Position numbers and translations under genes: made by a program. Below, in pieces: positions 19,457 through 29,492 of a stretch of DNA of 64,000 nucleotides. The notes beneath the pieces are model-generated. The model had not been told where the DNA came from, made no database searches, and saw only the letters and a program-made list of their open reading frames with translations. The stretch's first letter is position 1, and each line of letters begins with the position of its first letter. Origin of the DNA: an uncultured Collinsella sp. (GTDB taxonomy: Bacteria > Actinomycetota > Coriobacteriia > Coriobacteriales > Coriobacteriaceae); assembly GCA_958405565.1 (NCBI GenBank), contig CATYEN010000007.1, positions 1,609-65,608 on the forward strand, in the 5' to 3' direction.

Positions 19457-20344
19457 GTGGTTGATGGGGAGAATCGTTCTGAGCTGCTTTCTGTGGATTG
19501 GAATGAGGAGTGGATGCGTTTGCAGGCTGCTCGGCATCGGGCTGATGACTCTTTTGAGTGGGATAAGCGGGCTCGGCATTTTCGTCCGCTTGAGACTGCT
19601 CCGTATGCTCGGGATTTTATGGAGCTGCTGGCGTTAGAGTCTGGTGAATCCGTGCTTGATATGGGGTGTGGGGCTGGGTCGATTGCTATTCCGTTGGCGC
19701 AGGCTGGGCACTCCGTGATTGCGGCTGACTTCTCCCCTGCCATGCTCGGGACGCTTGACGCCGGCATTGCCTACTATGGGCTCGAAGATCGTATTATGCC
19801 GCTTGAGCTTGCCTGGGATGATGATTGGGATCTGGTGGGGCCGGTTGCGAAAGCTGTGGATGTTGCCTTTGCCAGTCGTTCGGTTACCACCACCAACCTA
19901 AAAGGGGCGCTTGCCAAGCTTGATCGAACGGCCCGCCGGCGTTGTGCTGTCACGATGGTCGCCAACTCCAGCCCACGCTATGACCTGCACCTGATGAACG
20001 CCATCGGTGCCTCGGTTACCTGCAGTAATGGCTTTGTGTACGCCTTCAACATCCTCATTCAGATGGGTGCGTTGCCGCAGGTTACATACTTTGAATCGCC
20101 TCGTCGCGATACCTTCAATAGCCTTGAGGCAGGTGTGGCGGATTTTTCCCGTATGCTCGAGCATGGCAACGAGGATAAGGTCGACCGTCTGCGCGACTAC
20201 ATCGCCCAACACATGATCGAGAACCCCCATGCCGGTGAGCCGGGATCCAAGGGCGTGCCGCAGGGGCGCTATATGCTCGATCATGTCCGCAAGGTTCGTT
20301 GGGCGTTTATTGCATGGGAACCGGTCTCTGAATCCCGCTCGTAG
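19457..20344 (+). CDS. Class I SAM-dependent methyltransferase
   Basis: ORF 19397..20344. The preferred start is the GTG at 19457, 7 nt after AGGAGG. SAM motif I is VLDMGCGAGSIAIPLA. Confidence 0.75.
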   Translation: MVDGENRSELLSVDWNEEWMRLQAARHRADDSFEWDKRARHFRPLETAPYARDFMELLALESGESVLDMGCGAGSIAIPLAQAGHSVIAADFSPAMLGTLDAGIAYYGLEDRIMPLELAWDDDWDLVGPVAKAVDVAFASRSVTTTNLKGALAKLDRTARRRCAVTMVANSSPRYDLHLMNAIGASVTCSNGFVYAFNILIQMGALPQVTYFESPRRDTFNSLEAGVADFSRMLEHGNEDKVDRLRDYIAQHMIENPHAGEPGSKGVPQGRYMLDHVRKVRWAFIAWEPVSESRS

Positions 20345-20502
20345 CCCGTTCACAGCCCGCACTGTCCATCACCTCGGCATCCGCATTCTTTTTGAACTGG
20401 ACAAACGCGCTCCACACCACGCCGTTCCTGCGCTATCGTGGGACAGCTCACGTAGATTAAGGCCCCGTCGTGGGGCGCCCCATACATAGAAAGCGAGAAC
20501 CC

Positions 20503-20802
20503 ATGGCACTGACAGGAGCACAGGTCAAGCAGCTTCGCAGCATGGCCCATCACCTCAACCCCGCCATCATCATCGGCAAGTCCGACGTCAATGAGGGCAC
20601 CGTCGAGCAGACGGTCGCCTACTTGGAGAAGCACGAGCTCGTTAAGTGCTCCGTGCTCGATGGCTCCAGCCTTTCCGCCCGCGAGGCCGCCGAGGAGCTC
20701 GCCGAGCGCTCCCACGCCGAGGTCGTCCAGGTTATCGGCCGCAAGTTCTCGCTGTATCGCGAGTCTTCGCGCAAGGACATCGAGAAGATCAAGCTCGTCT
20801 AA
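20503..20802 (+). CDS. yhbY: YhbY/CRM-domain RNA-binding protein
   Basis: ORF 20470..20802, trimmed to the ATG at 20503. The sequence LTGAQVKQLRSMAHHLNPAIIIGKSDVNEGTVEQTVAYLEKHELVKC fits the YhbY family. Confidence 0.8.
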   Translation: MALTGAQVKQLRSMAHHLNPAIIIGKSDVNEGTVEQTVAYLEKHELVKCSVLDGSSLSAREAAEELAERSHAEVVQVIGRKFSLYRESSRKDIEKIKLV

Positions 20803-20841
20803 GAACCGGCGATTCGGCGAGCCAACACGTAGCAAGTCTGC

Positions 20842-20873
20842 GGGCGTCCGAGCAATTCGGACGCCCGTTTTTT
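20842..20873 (+). terminator. Terminator between convergent yhbY and the regulator gene
   Basis: Hairpin GGGCGTCCG-N7-CGGACGCCC followed by GTTTTTT. Confidence 0.75.
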
Positions 20874-23871
20874 ATCGTTCGACCAGTACGCGGTTAAGCC
20901 TGCCCTCCACCAAGCGCTCGTACAGACGCCGCGTCTCGGGCTCGGGCACACCATTGACCTGTTCCCTTAGGTGGTGCATATGTCCACTGTACAGCTCGAC
21001 GATATCGCGCCGCCGCCCCGCCGCGCCGTAGACGCGCATAGCGCAACGCACCATGTCCTCGCGCGCCGTCTCTTGGCGCAGCCCCGACTCCACCAGCCAT
21101 ACCGCCGACTGCAGGTCGTTTTCTTCTAGGGCGGCATTCGCTCCCCGAATCATGCAGTCGATATACTTCGATTCCATAATGCGCCGCATACGCAAAAAGT
21201 AGGTGGGATTGCAGCCATTGGGAACATACAACGGACCGGCATAGAGCTGCTCGATCTTAAGGCACAGCTCGACCAGATGGGGTCCGCGCGCACCCGTGCG
21301 ATTCCCCAACACCTCACGGCTAATCTGATCAAACAGCCGCACATCGGTCTTGACGTAATCGCCGTTAAGCCCAATGCACTCATTTTGGATGAGCACGCAC
21401 GATTTGCCGTCCGGCGTCGGCCCCAAGGCCGAACGCAGGCGCGATATCGTCGAATACAGGTTGTTGCGGGCGCTATTGAACTCAGCATGGGGCCATAACT
21501 CCATGGCCAACGTCTCGCGATCGACCAGCGCATCCATGCCCAGCGCAAGCCGCTCGGCAAGTGTCGCCGCTTTCTTGCGGCGCCACATCTTGTCCGTGAT
21601 GGGAAACCCGTCGCGCTCGGCGCGAAACGCCCCAAACATACGAATCTCGATATGGTCAATCGTATCGACGGCTTCGACCTCGCCAGCCTGAAACAGGCGC
21701 TCACCCTCCCCTTCCAGATCGTCACGCAGCGAATACCGCGATAGTTCGCGCACGGGGAGTTTCTTACGAATTCTTGCCGCCGGCTCGCCCAGACAATGCA
21801 TGGCAAGGCGCGCAAAGAGCCGATACGATGGGTCCAAAATCCCTGCACGGTTCATGGACATCCAGGCCGCAAGATCGCTGTCTCGCCCCGCGCAGGCCAA
21901 GTGCAGCGCCACCATCCAGGCCTCCGCACCGCCAACCTGCGTCTGGCTTATATCGAGCAGCTCCGCCTCCTCGCGCACCGAAACCATCGAGGTATTGCGC
22001 AGATACGCCGCACGCTCCAGCAGCAACGCGTTGTCGCGCATGTACGCAATTGGCTCCTCAGCCAGTTTGAGTACCTGGACCGCGCGGAACTTCGCATTGA
22101 CCGGCCGACCTTCTGCCAGCGATTGCCAGCCTTCTAGCAGCAGACCAAACAGCTGAATCTGGTTGTCGCGTATACGTACGGCAAAGCGATCGAGCTCGTT
22201 GAACGCCGCATCGTCGGTTACCGGCAAGCCGGAAAGGAGCCGGCGTGCCGCCAGCACCATGCGTATCCAGATAGCCGGCGCCTTAAGCCCACGTACATCG
22301 AGCGCGTCCCGTACCAGCGCCATCTCGTCGTCGCGCTCGTCGATCCCCGCAAACGACCCATCGAAGAGCTCCACCAGCATGCTATCGGCCCGTATAAAAG
22401 TCCCCGCGATATCGAGCTCACAGTCATAGGCCTTGCGCGCTTTGAGCTGCTGCAGAGCGCCGCCGTCATCTCCCCGCTCAGCCAACCAGTGCTTGACCCC
22501 GATATGTGCAAAGAGCATGTCGAGCGCCGTGTGTTCCGTCTCGATTTCCGGCACAGCAAGGTTCATGGGAAGCCCAAGCCCGTTGTCCCCATAGCAAACT
22601 GCCGTAAGGGCCTGGGCGACCTTCCACGAAACGGGATCTATTTCACAGGCCGCCTGATCGCCCGCATGCTCAATAAGCGATGCCATACAGCGGGCGAGCT
22701 TTGTGTTGGACACGCTGACCGCCGCCAAATAGACGCCGAGCGCCTCGGCAGGCGTTGGCTCTGGAGCCGGATTGTCGGCATCGATCGTGCCCAGCGCTGC
22801 TCGGCAGATATCGGCCCCGTGCCCCGCCAGAGCCAAATCGACCCCATACTGCCCAGCAAGTTCAAGGACCGCATCACGGTCCAAAAAGGCGTCCGCCAGG
22901 CCCATCGCCGCATCGCATCGGCCCGCCTTAAGCAAAATCCGGGCCGCCCTCGGAACAAGTTCGGGGCGAACCTCGGCCACCAACTTACGCAAACGCAAGC
23001 GTCCGTTATCCTCCGTGCCCAGACACGTAAAACTCCGCTCGGCGGGGTCCAAGCCAAAGATCGGGTAGTCGCGTACAAAGTAGGACTGGTCGACCATCGA
23101 CAACCTCACCCCACAAGCCTCGAGTTCCGCGATATTGCCCTCGCCCATTAAAACCATGAGACATGCCACGCAAAACAGCGCATTATTGTCGAGCGAAGCC
23201 AGATCGACGAGTGCCGCGCCATATACGTTGACAATCTCGTTTTCGAGCAGACCGGCTACGTCGCCTTGTCCATACAGACCCGTCTGCAATGCCGAAACGA
23301 GCTCGGGCACGCCCTGCGTGAGCTGATAAAAGTCGAGCGATGTGCTGATCGAAAACGCCGATGCCCACGCCGAATACTCATAGGCATGCACCTTGAGCAT
23401 CTGCGCATTGATCTTAACCGAATCGCCCAGCCCATGAATCAGCTGACGATTTGAAGGACGGCAGGAGATAAAGACCCCTACCCCCATGGCGCGCAGGCCG
23501 CGAATCCTGTCGATGAGGTCTTCGGTATCGTGCTGATCGAGGTTTGGCACATTATCAATCGCGATAAGGGAGTGCGGTTTGTCTTTGAGCTCTTCGGTAA
23601 CCACCTCGAGCTGCATAAACAACTCGCGCCCAATGGCGCGATCGGCCTCGATAATCCGCACGGGGCCTCGCGTCGGGTCGCATTTAACCTCATGGGTGTA
23701 CTGCAGCAGCACCGAGGTCTTCCCAAACCCGTCGGGCGCATAAAGAACCACGATGCCGGCCTTTCGGCCCTTGGCGATAAGCTCATTCATCAAGCGTTCG
23801 CGTCGCACCATATAGCCTCCGCCCAGCGGCATCAGCTCGAGATCGTCTATACTGCCCAAATCGTTTACCAT
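20872..23871 (-). CDS. Large transcriptional regulator: N-terminal P-loop ATPase, helical repeat middle, C-terminal winged-helix plus BTAD (SARP-like) module
   Basis: 999 aa. Walker A-like YAPDGFGKTS and Walker B-like LIAIDNV lie near the N-terminus. The last roughly 270 aa (IEIRMFGAFRAER...WRRKKAATLAERLAL...YSTISRLRSAL... then a helical BTAD-like region ending RRLYERLVE) resemble OmpR/AfsR-type DNA-binding plus BTAD domains. Confidence 0.65.
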   Translation of the reverse strand: MVNDLGSIDDLELMPLGGGYMVRRERLMNELIAKGRKAGIVVLYAPDGFGKTSVLLQYTHEVKCDPTRGPVRIIEADRAIGRELFMQLEVVTEELKDKPHSLIAIDNVPNLDQHDTEDLIDRIRGLRAMGVGVFISCRPSNRQLIHGLGDSVKINAQMLKVHAYEYSAWASAFSISTSLDFYQLTQGVPELVSALQTGLYGQGDVAGLLENEIVNVYGAALVDLASLDNNALFCVACLMVLMGEGNIAELEACGVRLSMVDQSYFVRDYPIFGLDPAERSFTCLGTEDNGRLRLRKLVAEVRPELVPRAARILLKAGRCDAAMGLADAFLDRDAVLELAGQYGVDLALAGHGADICRAALGTIDADNPAPEPTPAEALGVYLAAVSVSNTKLARCMASLIEHAGDQAACEIDPVSWKVAQALTAVCYGDNGLGLPMNLAVPEIETEHTALDMLFAHIGVKHWLAERGDDGGALQQLKARKAYDCELDIAGTFIRADSMLVELFDGSFAGIDERDDEMALVRDALDVRGLKAPAIWIRMVLAARRLLSGLPVTDDAAFNELDRFAVRIRDNQIQLFGLLLEGWQSLAEGRPVNAKFRAVQVLKLAEEPIAYMRDNALLLERAAYLRNTSMVSVREEAELLDISQTQVGGAEAWMVALHLACAGRDSDLAAWMSMNRAGILDPSYRLFARLAMHCLGEPAARIRKKLPVRELSRYSLRDDLEGEGERLFQAGEVEAVDTIDHIEIRMFGAFRAERDGFPITDKMWRRKKAATLAERLALGMDALVDRETLAMELWPHAEFNSARNNLYSTISRLRSALGPTPDGKSCVLIQNECIGLNGDYVKTDVRLFDQISREVLGNRTGARGPHLVELCLKIEQLYAGPLYVPNGCNPTYFLRMRRIMESKYIDCMIRGANAALEENDLQSAVWLVESGLRQETAREDMVRCAMRVYGAAGRRRDIVELYSGHMHHLREQVNGVPEPETRRLYERLVEGRLNRVLVER

Positions 23872-24259
23872 GCCCGCTCCTCAACTCGACCGTATGGACA
23901 CTGTAACCGCAAGACCATACAAGCCGCGCTATGAATAGAGCGACCTTGCGTTTGAGGTTGTCTTTTGGTACGCAAGCGGCAAGTTTTTGTACAGCGAGGG
24001 CCGATTGTTATTAATCCCCCGACTAATCGGTCTTTAAGCAGGTAAATGAGCTTGTCAGCTTGTCCCATCTAAGCGGCAGTGTAACGTAAATGAACAAGGT
24101 TCAGCTATGTCATTCAACTCGCCTAGCACCCGCTACCGTCTACGACCTTTTAGTGGCATTTTTGCATAGAATCTGGTATGGAATGAATCAAGCTGTTGGG
24201 CATCCGACATTCGTCAGGCTTGCGGCAAGATTTTGGTCAAGCGGGCGGAAAGGGATAGC

Positions 24260-24285
24260 AAAAAGGCCCCCGCAAAGCGGAGGCC
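24260..24285 (-). terminator. Terminator downstream of nagB
   Basis: Hairpin ggcccccgc-aaa-gcggaggcc with one mismatch. The plus-strand AAAAA beside it gives a minus-strand U-tract. Confidence 0.55.
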
Positions 24286-24319
24286 TTCGGCAAAGCTATG
24301 TCGAGATGACGGGCTCGCG

Positions 24320-25048
24320 CTACTCGCAGAGCGAAAGGGCGGCCTCGTCGGCAACGACAACGCAGTTGGTGTGCAGCTGCAGGATCGAAGCCGGGCACGC
24401 GGGCGTAACCGGACCATAGCACATGTCATGCACGGCCTGAGCCTTGGCCTCGCCGTTGGCGACGACCAGGATCATGCGGGCATACATGATGGTCTGGGTA
24501 CCCATGGTGTAGGCCTGACGGGGAACATCGTCGATGCTGTCGAACAGGCGGCTGTTGGCCTGAATGGTGCTCTCGGTGAGGTCGACGCAGTGCGTGCCCT
24601 TGGAGAAGTGGTCATCGGGCTCGTTGAAGCCGATGTGGCCGTTGTTGCCAATGCCGAGCAGCTGCAGATCCGGGTAACCGGCGGCGGCGACGATCTTGTC
24701 GTACTCAGAGCAGGCAGCGGCGGCGTCGGGGTTGGAACCGTCGGGCACATGCGTGTTGTTCAGGTCGATGTTGATGTGATCGAAGAAGTTCTCACGCATG
24801 AAGTAGTGATAGCTCTGGGGATCGTCGTGCGAAAGACCGCGATACTCGTCCAGGTTGTAGGTGCTGACCTCGGCAAAGTCGACGTCGCCCTTCTCGTACC
24901 AAGCAGCGAGCTGCTTGTAGGCACCGATCGGGGTGGAGCCGGTGGCAAGACCCAGCACACAGTCGGGCTTGAGGATAACCTGCGCCGAGATGATATTGGC
25001 GGCCTTGCGGCTCATATCCTCGTAGTCTTTAGCTTTAATGATCTTCAT
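24320..25048 (-). CDS. nagB: Glucosamine-6-phosphate deaminase
   Basis: ORF 24320..25213, trimmed to the ATG at 25048 (MKIIKAKDYEDMSRKAANII). Blocks seen: GLATGSTP, YNLDEY, LGIGNNGHIGFNEP and QLH. Confidence 0.85.
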   Translation of the reverse strand: MKIIKAKDYEDMSRKAANIISAQVILKPDCVLGLATGSTPIGAYKQLAAWYEKGDVDFAEVSTYNLDEYRGLSHDDPQSYHYFMRENFFDHINIDLNNTHVPDGSNPDAAAACSEYDKIVAAAGYPDLQLLGIGNNGHIGFNEPDDHFSKGTHCVDLTESTIQANSRLFDSIDDVPRQAYTMGTQTIMYARMILVVANGEAKAQAVHDMCYGPVTPACPASILQLHTNCVVVADEAALSLCE

Positions 25049-25246
25049 TACGCGTCCTTTCTCGTACAAGAGAGGCAAGGCTCCCCTTACAAGCACTTGC
25101 CCGCGGCCCGCGTCGGCCGCAACCAACGTGTGCGGCCACCAGGGCGAGGTCGCGTAATGTATGTGTCTCGTGTCTAGCCGCGTCGAGGCCCCTGCCCGTC
25201 CACGGTGACCCAAAGCTGTTTAGCCTCGGACGTTTCCCATCTTGCC

Positions 25247-25280
25247 ACGGAGGGCGCCCTCTTTCAAGGGCGCCCTCCGT
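25247..25280 (-). terminator. GC-rich 13-bp hairpin after the PTS EIIA gene (no clear U-tract)
   Basis: acggagggcgccc / gggcgccctccgt, about 40 nt downstream of the EIIA stop on the minus strand. Confidence 0.45.
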
Positions 25281-25320
25281 AAACGTGTTTGAATTGTAGG
25301 CTAATGGCCACGTGCACTTG

Positions 25321-25818
25321 CTAGCGCTCGCGAGCAACGATGAGCTGGTCCATCTCTTCGACATGCACGCCAACGGAACCCTTGATGCTCGAGAACTCAA
25401 CAGAGTTGCACACCAAGATGGGAACCGTCACATCGTAGCCCTCGGCAGCAATTGCCTCGCGATCGAACTCAATGAGCACATCGCCCTTATGGACGATGTC
25501 ACCCACTTGCGCATGTACGGTAAAGTGCTTGCCCTCAAGCTGAACAGTGTCCAAACCAACGTGGATGAGCACGTCCAAGCCATCGACCGTGTTAAGCGCA
25601 ACAGCGTGTCCCGTGGGAAAAATGGCCTCGACCTTGGCATCAGCCGGTGCAATCACACGCGTGCCGGTAGGCTGAATCGCCACGCCCTGGCCCAAAAGGC
25701 CGGTGGCAAATGTCTGGTCGTTTACCTCGGACAACGGAATGACGTCGCCCGAGATGGGAGCATCCAGCGTAAGGACTCGACCACGCATACCAAAAGACCT
25801 TAGGACTTTAGTGAACAT
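25321..25818 (-). CDS. PTS glucose-family EIIA component
   Basis: ORF 25321..25839, trimmed to the ATG at 25818. The block PTGHAVALNTVDGLDVLIHVGLDTVQLEGKHF contains the two conserved His residues of EIIA-Glc. Confidence 0.8.
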   Translation of the reverse strand: MFTKVLRSFGMRGRVLTLDAPISGDVIPLSEVNDQTFATGLLGQGVAIQPTGTRVIAPADAKVEAIFPTGHAVALNTVDGLDVLIHVGLDTVQLEGKHFTVHAQVGDIVHKGDVLIEFDREAIAAEGYDVTVPILVCNSVEFSSIKGSVGVHVEEMDQLIVARER

Positions 25819-25889
25819 GATCCCCCTCGGACATACCAATCAACCAAAATAGCTTTAACAGTTTACCACTTGGCACCCGTTTTTGACCA

Positions 25890-27227
25890 TTAGGGAAGTT
25901 CGCGCTTGACAACCTCGACGATGTCGTCGACAACACGCTGGGTCAGCTCGTGCGTCTCGGCCTCGGCCATCACACGGACCAGCGGCTCGGTACCACTCGG
26001 GCGCACCAAGATGCGGCCGCGACCGTTGAGCTCCTTCTCGGCGGCAGCGACGGCATCCCAGATGGGCTGGCAATCGTCCAGACCAGCCTTGTTGTCGGAA
26101 TGCACGTTGACGAGTACCTGCGGGTACTTCTTCATGATGCCGGCAAGATCGGTGAGGGTACGACCGGTGCGCTTGAGCACGGCCAGCAGTTGCAGAGCCG
26201 TCACCAGGCCGTCACCAGTGGTGTTGTGCTCCAGGAAGATGATGTGGCCGGACTGCTCGCCGCCGATGACGGCGCCATCCGCGAGCATGCGCTCCAAAAC
26301 GTAGCGATCGCCCACGGCGGTCTGCACCATCTCAAAGCCCTGCTCCTTCATGGCGATGGAGAAGCCCAGGTTGCACATAACGGTCGAGACGATCTCGGAG
26401 TTGGCGAGCTTGCCACGGGCGGCCAGGTCGGAGCCGCAGATGGCCAGGATGTAGTCGCCATCGATCTCGTTGCCCTCGCTGTCCACGAACAGCACGCGGT
26501 CGGCGTCGCCGTCGTGAGCCAGGCCGATGTCGGCATGTGTGCGCAGCACGAGCTCGCGCAGGGGCTCAAGGTGAGTGGAGCCGCACTCGACGTTAATGTC
26601 GGTGCCGCAGTAATCGGTGTTGATAGCGTGCACCGTGGTGCCCAGGCGCTGCAGCGCGGCAGGCGTGGTCTGGCAAGAAGCACCGTGGCCGCAGTCGACG
26701 GCAACGACTAGGCCGTCGAGCCTCATGCCATCAAGCGTATCGATGGCATGATCGACATATGCCTTGCGAGCGTCCTTCATCTTAATGATGTGGCCCACGC
26801 CGGCACCGGTCGGCAGCGTATCGGCAGCCATGGCTTCCTCGGACATGACCCAGGCGCTGATCTCTTCCTCGACCGCATCGGGAAGCTTCATGCCCTTGCG
26901 GCTAAAGAACTTGATGCCGTTGAACTCCGGCGGATTATGCGAAGCAGAGATGACGATGCCGCCGTCGAGCTCGTTTTGAACGGTGAGCAGCGCCACGGCA
27001 GGCGTGGGGATGACGCCGCAGCAGTGCGGACGGCCGCCCTCGGCCATGATGCCGGCGGTCAGAGCGCTCTCGAGCATGGTGCCCGAAAGACGCGTGTCGC
27101 GACCGACGCAGATATCCGGACCAAGGAACTTGGTCGCCGCGCGGCCCAGGCGAAACGCGAGGTCGCACGAGAGATCGGCATTGGCGACGCCACGGACGCC
27201 GTCGGTACCGAAGATGTTCTGGGGCAT
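25890..27227 (-). CDS. glmM: Phosphoglucosamine mutase
   Basis: 445 aa. Blocks seen: FGTDGVRG, active-site ISASHNPPEFNGIKFF, HDGDADR and GEQSGH. Confidence 0.9.
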   Translation of the reverse strand: MPQNIFGTDGVRGVANADLSCDLAFRLGRAATKFLGPDICVGRDTRLSGTMLESALTAGIMAEGGRPHCCGVIPTPAVALLTVQNELDGGIVISASHNPPEFNGIKFFSRKGMKLPDAVEEEISAWVMSEEAMAADTLPTGAGVGHIIKMKDARKAYVDHAIDTLDGMRLDGLVVAVDCGHGASCQTTPAALQRLGTTVHAINTDYCGTDINVECGSTHLEPLRELVLRTHADIGLAHDGDADRVLFVDSEGNEIDGDYILAICGSDLAARGKLANSEIVSTVMCNLGFSIAMKEQGFEMVQTAVGDRYVLERMLADGAVIGGEQSGHIIFLEHNTTGDGLVTALQLLAVLKRTGRTLTDLAGIMKKYPQVLVNVHSDNKAGLDDCQPIWDAVAAAEKELNGRGRILVRPSGTEPLVRVMAEAETHELTQRVVDDIVEVVKRELP

Positions 27228-27276
27228 AGGATCGCTCCTTCCCTAGCAGGCGATATGCAACCGCCTACCCTAGTCG

Positions 27277-27320
27277 AAAAAGAAAAGCGGGACCCGCCGA
27301 GGAATCGGCAGGCCCCGCTT
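27277..27320 (-). terminator. Terminator downstream of rpsI
   Basis: Stem aagcggg / cccgctt. The flanking plus-strand A-rich run gives a minus-strand U-tract. Confidence 0.5.
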
Positions 27321-27350
27321 GTACATTGTATCTCGTAAGGAGATAAAACC

Positions 27351-27746
<396 letters not shown>

Positions 27747-27748
27747 CT

Positions 27749-28192
27749 TTAAGCCTCCAGCTCAATCTTCGTGGGGTTCTGGGCAGCATGCGGATGCTCG
27801 GCACCAGCGTAGACCTTAAGCTTGGTCATCTGGGCACGGCCGAGGGTGGTCTTGGGCAGCATACCGCGAACGGCGCGCTCGATGACCTTCTCCGGGTGCT
27901 TCTCCATAGCCTGGCGGAAGCTCTCAGCCTTGAGGCCGCCGTTGTAGCCGCTGTGGCGATAATAGGTCTTCGTGTCGGCCTTGTTACCGGTAAGCTGGAC
28001 CTTATCGGCGTTGATGACGACAACGAAGTCGCCGCAGTCGCTGTTGGGCGTGAACTGGGGCTTGTTCTTACCGCGCAGGATCATTGCGATCTGGGTGGCA
28101 AGACGGCCCAGGACAGCACCATCGGCGTCGACGAGAACCCAGTTGCGCTGGACCTCGCCCTGCTTGGCGTAGTGAGTCGATTTCGAAATCAC
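27749..28192 (-). CDS. rplM: 50S ribosomal protein L13
   Basis: 147 aa with a GTG start after GGAGGAG. Blocks seen: [25 protein letters not shown] and [10 protein letters not shown]. Confidence 0.95.
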   Translation of the reverse strand: MISKSTHYAKQGEVQRNWVLVDADGAVLGRLATQIAMILRGKNKPQFTPNSDCGDFVVVINADKVQLTGNKADTKTYYRHSGYNGGLKAESFRQAMEKHPEKVIERAVRGMLPKTTLGRAQMTKLKVYAGAEHPHAAQNPTKIELEA

Positions 28193-28349
28193 TTAGACTC
28201 CTCCATGTACAGTACGTGTTGTTACAGAGATTCACGGGGCTCTGCAAGTAACCCGTCCATATTACCCCGCTCGCCGTACGAGTCAACAGGTATTTTGGCT
28301 CCGACCAGAGTTTCTGCACATGTCATCCACGAGCCGTGATGTCGCAGCG

Positions 28350-29228
28350 TTAACGCTCGACAAACGCCTCGATATCTCCCAGCAAGCGCTTTGCCTCCTG
28401 ACGGCCCTGGATATACAGGTCCAAAAGCTTTGCCGGATCGTGCTCGACATGGCCGACCTCGACCGGCTTTTGCGGAGCGACGACCAGCGCACGGCCCTCG
28501 CGCTCATACTTCCACAGATGCATGCGCTGGATGTTATAGCGGTCGTGGCGCGTCTCGATAGCCTCGAGCAGATAGGGGTAGTCGGCATAACGGGCGCGCG
28601 CCGCCGGCAAAAACTCGTAGGGCTTTTTCTCATACGAGCGGTCCTGGGTGACGATGACGACCGCACGGTCGAAGCCCGCCTCCTCGAGCACATGCTCGAT
28701 AGGAACCGAATCGGCCACGCCGCCGTCGACGTATTTGTGCCCGTCTATCTCGACCGGCGGTGTCACCAGCGGCAACGAGGTCGATGCGCGCACAGCGTCG
28801 AGGTCAAGTACGGCGCTTTTGACCGGCAGGTACGCGGCGGTTCCGAACAGCATGTCCGTCGCAACGGCGTACATCTCGATGGGGCTGGCGTCGAACGTCT
28901 CGTTGTCAAAGGGATCCAGGCGGTCCTGGACATCGTTGAAGATAAAGTCGTAACCCACAATAGAGCCCGTGGACGCAAACGATGCGGCGCCCATGTAGCG
29001 GCTGTCGTTGCAGAAGGTCAAATTGACTCGGTTGGTGCGGCCGATCTGGTGCGACTTGTAGTTCACGCCGTTGAGGGCGCCGGCCGATACACCGTAGACC
29101 GCCGGAATCTCGACGCCTGCCTCCATGAGAACGTCGAGCACGCCCGCGGTAAACTGCCCGCGGAAGCTGCCGCCCTCCAAAACGAGCGCGACCTTGCCGG
29201 CGTTCTTTGCCTTATCTTCTGCAGTCAT
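28350..29228 (-). CDS. Patatin-like phospholipase family protein
   Basis: 292 aa. It has the oxyanion GGSFRG, the nucleophile elbow GVSAG and the catalytic Asp block VDGGVAD. Confidence 0.8.
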   Translation of the reverse strand: MTAEDKAKNAGKVALVLEGGSFRGQFTAGVLDVLMEAGVEIPAVYGVSAGALNGVNYKSHQIGRTNRVNLTFCNDSRYMGAASFASTGSIVGYDFIFNDVQDRLDPFDNETFDASPIEMYAVATDMLFGTAAYLPVKSAVLDLDAVRASTSLPLVTPPVEIDGHKYVDGGVADSVPIEHVLEEAGFDRAVVIVTQDRSYEKKPYEFLPAARARYADYPYLLEAIETRHDRYNIQRMHLWKYEREGRALVVAPQKPVEVGHVEHDPAKLLDLYIQGRQEAKRLLGDIEAFVER

Positions 29229-29300
29229 ATTGACCTCCTGCGATTGCGTTTTGGCTTTCTTCTACCCAGTTTTGGAATGGAGGGCGCATGGGTTTTGGAG

Positions 29301-29321
29301 CAGAGTTCGATTCTCCGCGGT
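29301..29321. repeat. 21-bp direct repeat, copy 1
   Basis: cagagttcgattctccgcggt is identical to 29512-29532. An inverted partial copy, cgcggagaatc, lies at about 29399-29409. Confidence 0.8.
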
Positions 29322-29492
29322 TTGGGGCTTGCGTTGAAGCGGGGCATGGGCAGCCGGAGCTTAATCGACATCGCATCGATATTGGGTTGGGGCTTTGCGC
29401 GGAGAATCCGCGTGTTCGCTTCGCGAACCCGCGCCGGCTTCGGCCGCCTGCCGGCGTCCTCGCCCGCGGGCCAAAAACGCTTACGCGTTTTC

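Noticed and set aside
24090-24419. 109-aa plus-strand ORF in the regulator-nagB intergenic region, and the 142-aa ORF at 10508..10936
   Set aside because: Neither has an RBS. Both cross terminator hairpins and the ends of real genes, and their composition is not protein-like. They are treated as non-coding.
25150-25185. DasR/NagR-type dre-like site (tgtctagcc) in the nagB upstream region
   Set aside because: Only about two thirds of the palindromic consensus TGGTCTAGACCA is matched. That is too weak to call without a position weight matrix scan.
29295-29335. tRNA-like T-arm (gagttcgattctc) within the 21-bp repeat, considered as a tRNA or tmRNA 3' end serving as an att site
   Set aside because: The T-stem has an A-C mismatch, and no complementary acceptor 5' strand, D arm or anticodon arm could be found upstream of either copy. 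It is reported only as a repeat.
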